DNA of 64,000 nucleotides, from NCBI GenBank assembly GCA_963796055.1, contig CAWCKH010000003.1:640001-704000 (forward strand), written 5' to 3'. Of this stretch, positions 59,258 through 64,000 are shown piece by piece; the stretch's first letter is position 1, and every line of letters begins with the position of its first letter. This DNA is from an uncultured delta proteobacterium (lineage in GTDB: Bacteria; Myxococcota; Myxococcia; Myxococcales; Myxococcaceae). The notes under the pieces are model-generated. The model was not told the DNA's origin, did not search any database, and saw only the letters and a program-made list of their open reading frames with translations. The position numbers and the translations under genes were made by a program.

Positions 59258-59319
59258 CTGGCACTCGCGTCCAGCCGCTGCCAGAACGGACCTTGGCACT
59301 CGTCGCCGGACAGTGCTCA
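59258..59319. promoter_or_regulatory. Two degenerate CIRCE (HrcA) operators
   Basis: CTGGCACTC-N9-CGCTGCCAG (59258-59284) and TTGGCACTC-N9-CAGTGCTCA (59293-59319), compared with consensus TTAGCACTC-N9-GAGTGCTAA. Confidence 0.65.
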
Positions 59320-59384
59320 TCCGACGGGCCAGGCCAGACGAAAAAGTCAAGTGCAACGCGCGCTTGCGCTCGCGCCCGGGCGCC

Positions 59385-59455
59385 TTGACACGTCGATCTC
59401 CGCGGTTATTGTCCGCCGCGCCAAGGGCCTGGCAGTCGAGCAGTCCGAGTGCCAA
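59385..59455 (+). promoter_or_regulatory. groESL sigma70 promoter (TTGACA-N16-TATTGT) plus CIRCE operator
   Basis: TTGACA 59385-59390, TATTGT 59407-59412, CTGGCAGTC-N9-GAGTGCCAA 59429-59455. Confidence 0.8.
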
Positions 59456-59496
59456 CCCGCGCAACGCAAACCCACATCGATGCACGAGGAACGAAC

Positions 59497-61456
<1,960 letters not shown>

Positions 61457-61528
61457 GGCCCCCGCTCCGGTCTCTCCGGAGTGCCGTGGCCCTCGTTCCG
61501 GTCCCCTCGGGGACTCGGGACGGGGGCC
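61457..61528. terminator. GC-rich nested hairpins after groEL (possible terminator/stabiliser)
   Basis: CTCCGG/CCGGAG stem at 61465-61481 inside GGCCCCCG...CGGGGGCC. No clear U-tract. Confidence 0.35.
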
Positions 61529-61543
61529 GCCTCGTTTCGAGAC

Positions 61544-61891
61544 TCAGCCCCGTCCGTGGGGGAACGGGCCAGGGGCGGGAAGTGGTGTCCCGGTGGGACC
61601 GATGCCGAAGAGGCGCCGCAGCTCCTCGGGCGCGTCGGTGAACGTCACGCCCATCCGCCCGCGCATGTTGAGCCGGAAGTCGCCCTGCTTGGCCCAGGCG
61701 ACCCGGCCGGAGAACTCGTGCTCCTGACCATCGACCAGGAGCGTGCCCTTGACCGCGGTCCCCTTGGGGAAGACCCGCATCAGCTCGGCACAGAAACCGC
61801 CCGCCGACACGTCCACGGTGAAGCCCGACGCGGCCCCCATCTGCACCTTGAACCGGCGACGTTGCCGGCCGAGGACCCGCGTGTTCTGCAC
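61544..61891 (-). CDS. PilZ domain protein
   Basis: RQRRR and DVSAGG c-di-GMP-binding motifs, GRVAW, GVTF. Confidence 0.8.
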   Translation of the reverse strand: MQNTRVLGRQRRRFKVQMGAASGFTVDVSAGGFCAELMRVFPKGTAVKGTLLVDGQEHEFSGRVAWAKQGDFRLNMRGRMGVTFTDAPEELRRLFGIGPTGTPLPAPGPFPHGRG

Positions 61892-62015
61892 GGCCGCTTG
61901 ACCCCCACGGATGGCCACTTCCACTGGCATCCGGCATCCCCCCGCCGCATGTCTGGGGGAACCCCGGAGTTTCAGTTGAGCATGCCGGGACCGGGACGTC
62001 CAACGAAGGAAAGCC

Positions 62016-62276
62016 ATGGCCGCCGTCGTCATCTACAGCACCGAGTCCTGTGTCTTCTGTTTACGGGCCAAGGAGTATCTGCGCTCGAAAGGCGTTCCGT
62101 ACCAGGAGGTGGACGTGACCGGAGACGATGACGCCCGGGCCCTGCTGGTGGAGCGCTCGAACGGCCAGCTCACCGTGCCGCAGATCTTCGTCGGCGACGT
62201 CCACATCGGCGGCTACACCGACCTGGTCCGCCTGGACGGCGAGGGGAAGCTCCAGCCCTTGCTCGCGCGATCCTGA
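62016..62276 (+). CDS. grxC: Glutaredoxin (Grx3-like, CVFC active site)
   Basis: IYSTESCVFC, TVPQIFV, IGGYTDL. Confidence 0.85.
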   Translation: MAAVVIYSTESCVFCLRAKEYLRSKGVPYQEVDVTGDDDARALLVERSNGQLTVPQIFVGDVHIGGYTDLVRLDGEGKLQPLLARS

Positions 62277-62341
62277 GCGGGCGCCCGGGGTTTCCGCGCG
62301 GCCGGGGGTGCCTACCTTCGATCCCTGGCCGGAGGACTCCC

Positions 62342-62638
62342 ATGGCAGAGATTCAGGCGAACACCTCAGATCCCCTGTACGACCTGGTGGGCACGCTGTA
62401 CCACGCGCTGAAGCAGGCGGCGGCGGCGGAGCGCCACGCCGCCGACGCTCAGCGGGGCCGCGACACCGAGCTCGCCGCGCTCTTCCACGATGTGCGCGAG
62501 CAGTCACTCGACCTCGCCGCCCGCTGCAAGACGCTGCTCGCCCGCCGCCTGGGGACTGCCGCCGGAGACCGGACACAGACCCGGGTGGAGGAGGCCTCGG
62601 AGGAGAGCTTCCCCGCGAGCGACGCCCCCGGGTACTAG
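62342..62638 (+). CDS. Small hypothetical protein with C-terminal ESFPASD motif
   Basis: GGAGG SD. YDLVGTLYHALKQA helix, VEEASEESFPASDAP. Confidence 0.8.
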   Translation: MAEIQANTSDPLYDLVGTLYHALKQAAAAERHAADAQRGRDTELAALFHDVREQSLDLAARCKTLLARRLGTAAGDRTQTRVEEASEESFPASDAPGY

Positions 62639-62665
62639 CCGGCGCGGTGCGGTACGCTCCCGGAC

Positions 62666-63595
62666 ATTCGCGCCCCCCGCCTCCCACTCCTCCTCGCCGC
62701 CGTCCTCGCCCTGGGCTGCGCCGGAACGCCGTCCCGGCGCAGCGAGGCCGTCCCCGGGCTGAGGGTCTCGGCGCTGGTGGTCGAGCAGCTCCGCACCTCC
62801 GGAGGCGTGACCGACGACGAGGTGCTCGCGCTCTCCGCCCGGCTCGGGTTGCGTGGGGTCTCCGCCACCTCGGGACGGGCGCTGGTCTGGGGACCCGGCG
62901 AGGTCCGACCGCTTCATCCGGAGCGCACCGACTGGACGGCGACCGACGCGCTCACCGCCATCAAGGCCGCCGGGGTCAACCCGGGTGAGGTGCTGCTGGT
63001 TCGCGCCCGTCTCGACCGGACCACGGCCGAGGGGCGGCAGGAGGTGGCTGGCCGGCAGGGCGGAGCCGGCGTCGGCACGAGCGCGGAGTGGATCGACCGG
63101 GTGCGCATCGAGCTCATCCACCCCAGCACCGGCCACACCGTGGTGGAGAGCACTGCGGACGTGCGGGTGGACCCGTTCCGGACCGACGGCGAGGGCCCAG
63201 GTCCCCTGCTCGACCGGGTCCTCGACGACGCGCTGGCCGGACTCGAGGGAAAGTGGGCCCGTCCTCCCCGCCCGGCCGTCGACGCCTGGCGACTGTTCGG
63301 GCCCACCCCCGGAACCACGGGCCTGGAGGGCGAGGTGCGCCGGCTGGCGCAGCTCCGGCTGGCCAACCCCGGCCTGGGTGAGGACGAGGCCGCGCGGCTG
63401 ATGCGCCGTCCGCCGGGGGTCTTCGTCCGCGCCGCGGAGGTGACCACCCGGCTGCATGCCGGCGACATGGTGACCGCAATCGACGGCGTGCCGGCCACGC
63501 CCGAGTCGCTGGACCGCGCGCGCCAGGGCACCCGGGACGTCCGGCTGGAGGTGGAGACGGCCACCGGCGCCGCGCACCGCGTCCGCTGGCCCTGA
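62666..63595 (+). CDS. Putative lipoprotein with C-terminal PDZ-like domain (apparent ATT start)
   Basis: The frame of ORF 62777..63595 extends upstream through IRAPRLPLLLAAVLALGC (lipobox). LHAGDMVTAIDG is a PDZ-like motif. Confidence 0.7.
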   Translation: MRAPRLPLLLAAVLALGCAGTPSRRSEAVPGLRVSALVVEQLRTSGGVTDDEVLALSARLGLRGVSATSGRALVWGPGEVRPLHPERTDWTATDALTAIKAAGVNPGEVLLVRARLDRTTAEGRQEVAGRQGGAGVGTSAEWIDRVRIELIHPSTGHTVVESTADVRVDPFRTDGEGPGPLLDRVLDDALAGLEGKWARPPRPAVDAWRLFGPTPGTTGLEGEVRRLAQLRLANPGLGEDEAARLMRRPPGVFVRAAEVTTRLHAGDMVTAIDGVPATPESLDRARQGTRDVRLEVETATGAAHRVRWP

Positions 63596-63655
63596 CGCCC
63601 CCCGTACCCAGGGGGACGCCTGCGGAAGCGCGCCGCCGCGCGCCGGCGACCAGGC

Positions 63656-64000
63656 TCAGGGTCCGAGCGCCACCACCAGCCGCTCGAAGAGGCGGGCCAC
63701 CGTCCCCGGGGCGAGCAGCACCGGCATCCCCAGCGCAAGGGCGACCACCACCGACCAGAGCGTGGACCGCGGCCCGGACTCGAGCCGCATCTGCGACATG
63801 GAGAGGAGCAGCACCAGGGTGCCGGCCACGCACACCACCAGGGGCCCGCGAAAGCCGTAGATCCACAACCCCGAGCTCACCGAGCCGAGGGCCACCGCGT
63901 TCAGGACGTCGCGCCCGTTGGAGGCCCACCAGGCGCGCCCCTCGTCGGCGCGGAGGCGGTACTGCACCCGCTCCAGCAGCCCGGCGACGCCCACCGAGGC
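63656..64000 (-). CDS. Hypothetical membrane protein (5' end probably outside the window)
   Basis: WWASNGRDVLN followed by several hydrophobic helices. The frame is open to the window edge. Confidence 0.7.
   Translation of the reverse strand, partial: ASVGVAGLLERVQYRLRADEGRAWWASNGRDVLNAVALGSVSSGLWIYGFRGPLVVCVAGTLVLLLSMSQMRLESGPRSTLWSVVVALALGMPVLLAPGTVARLFERLVVALGP

Overview
High-GC (about 70% by eye) chromosome segment from a myxobacterium (Myxococcaceae/Cystobacterineae-like). The backbone is the G1 adventurous-gliding cluster gltD-E-F-G-H, an AgmV-position TPR gene, gltI and gltJ. It also carries ffh, lysC, a GldA/F/G-like ABC transporter, rpoZ, groES-groEL with CIRCE operators, and tRNA-Leu(TAA). 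gltG and gltJ each carry a 1-bp homopolymer-type frameshift. A ~6.5-kb accessory block splits the glt cluster. It holds an ECF sigma with twin divergent TTGTCAC-N16-CATC promoters, a DUF2231 gene, a 52-bp palindromic repeat cluster, an ABC-F pseudogene and an S9 peptidase. Best candidates for little-described systems: (1) a Cyc2-like fused monoheme cytochrome-porin at the left edge, missed by the ORF track, downstream of a cupredoxin-like gene and a degenerate SCO-like gene under a palindromic operator; (2) a five-gene lipoprotein / ECF sigma / zinc anti-sigma / exported caspase-like-beta-barrel operon; (3) a nucleotidyltransferase + metallophosphoesterase operon; (4) a RelA/SpoT-like protein coupled to gltJ. 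No CRISPR array, transposase or integrase was seen. All family assignments come from motif recognition by eye, not from database searches.
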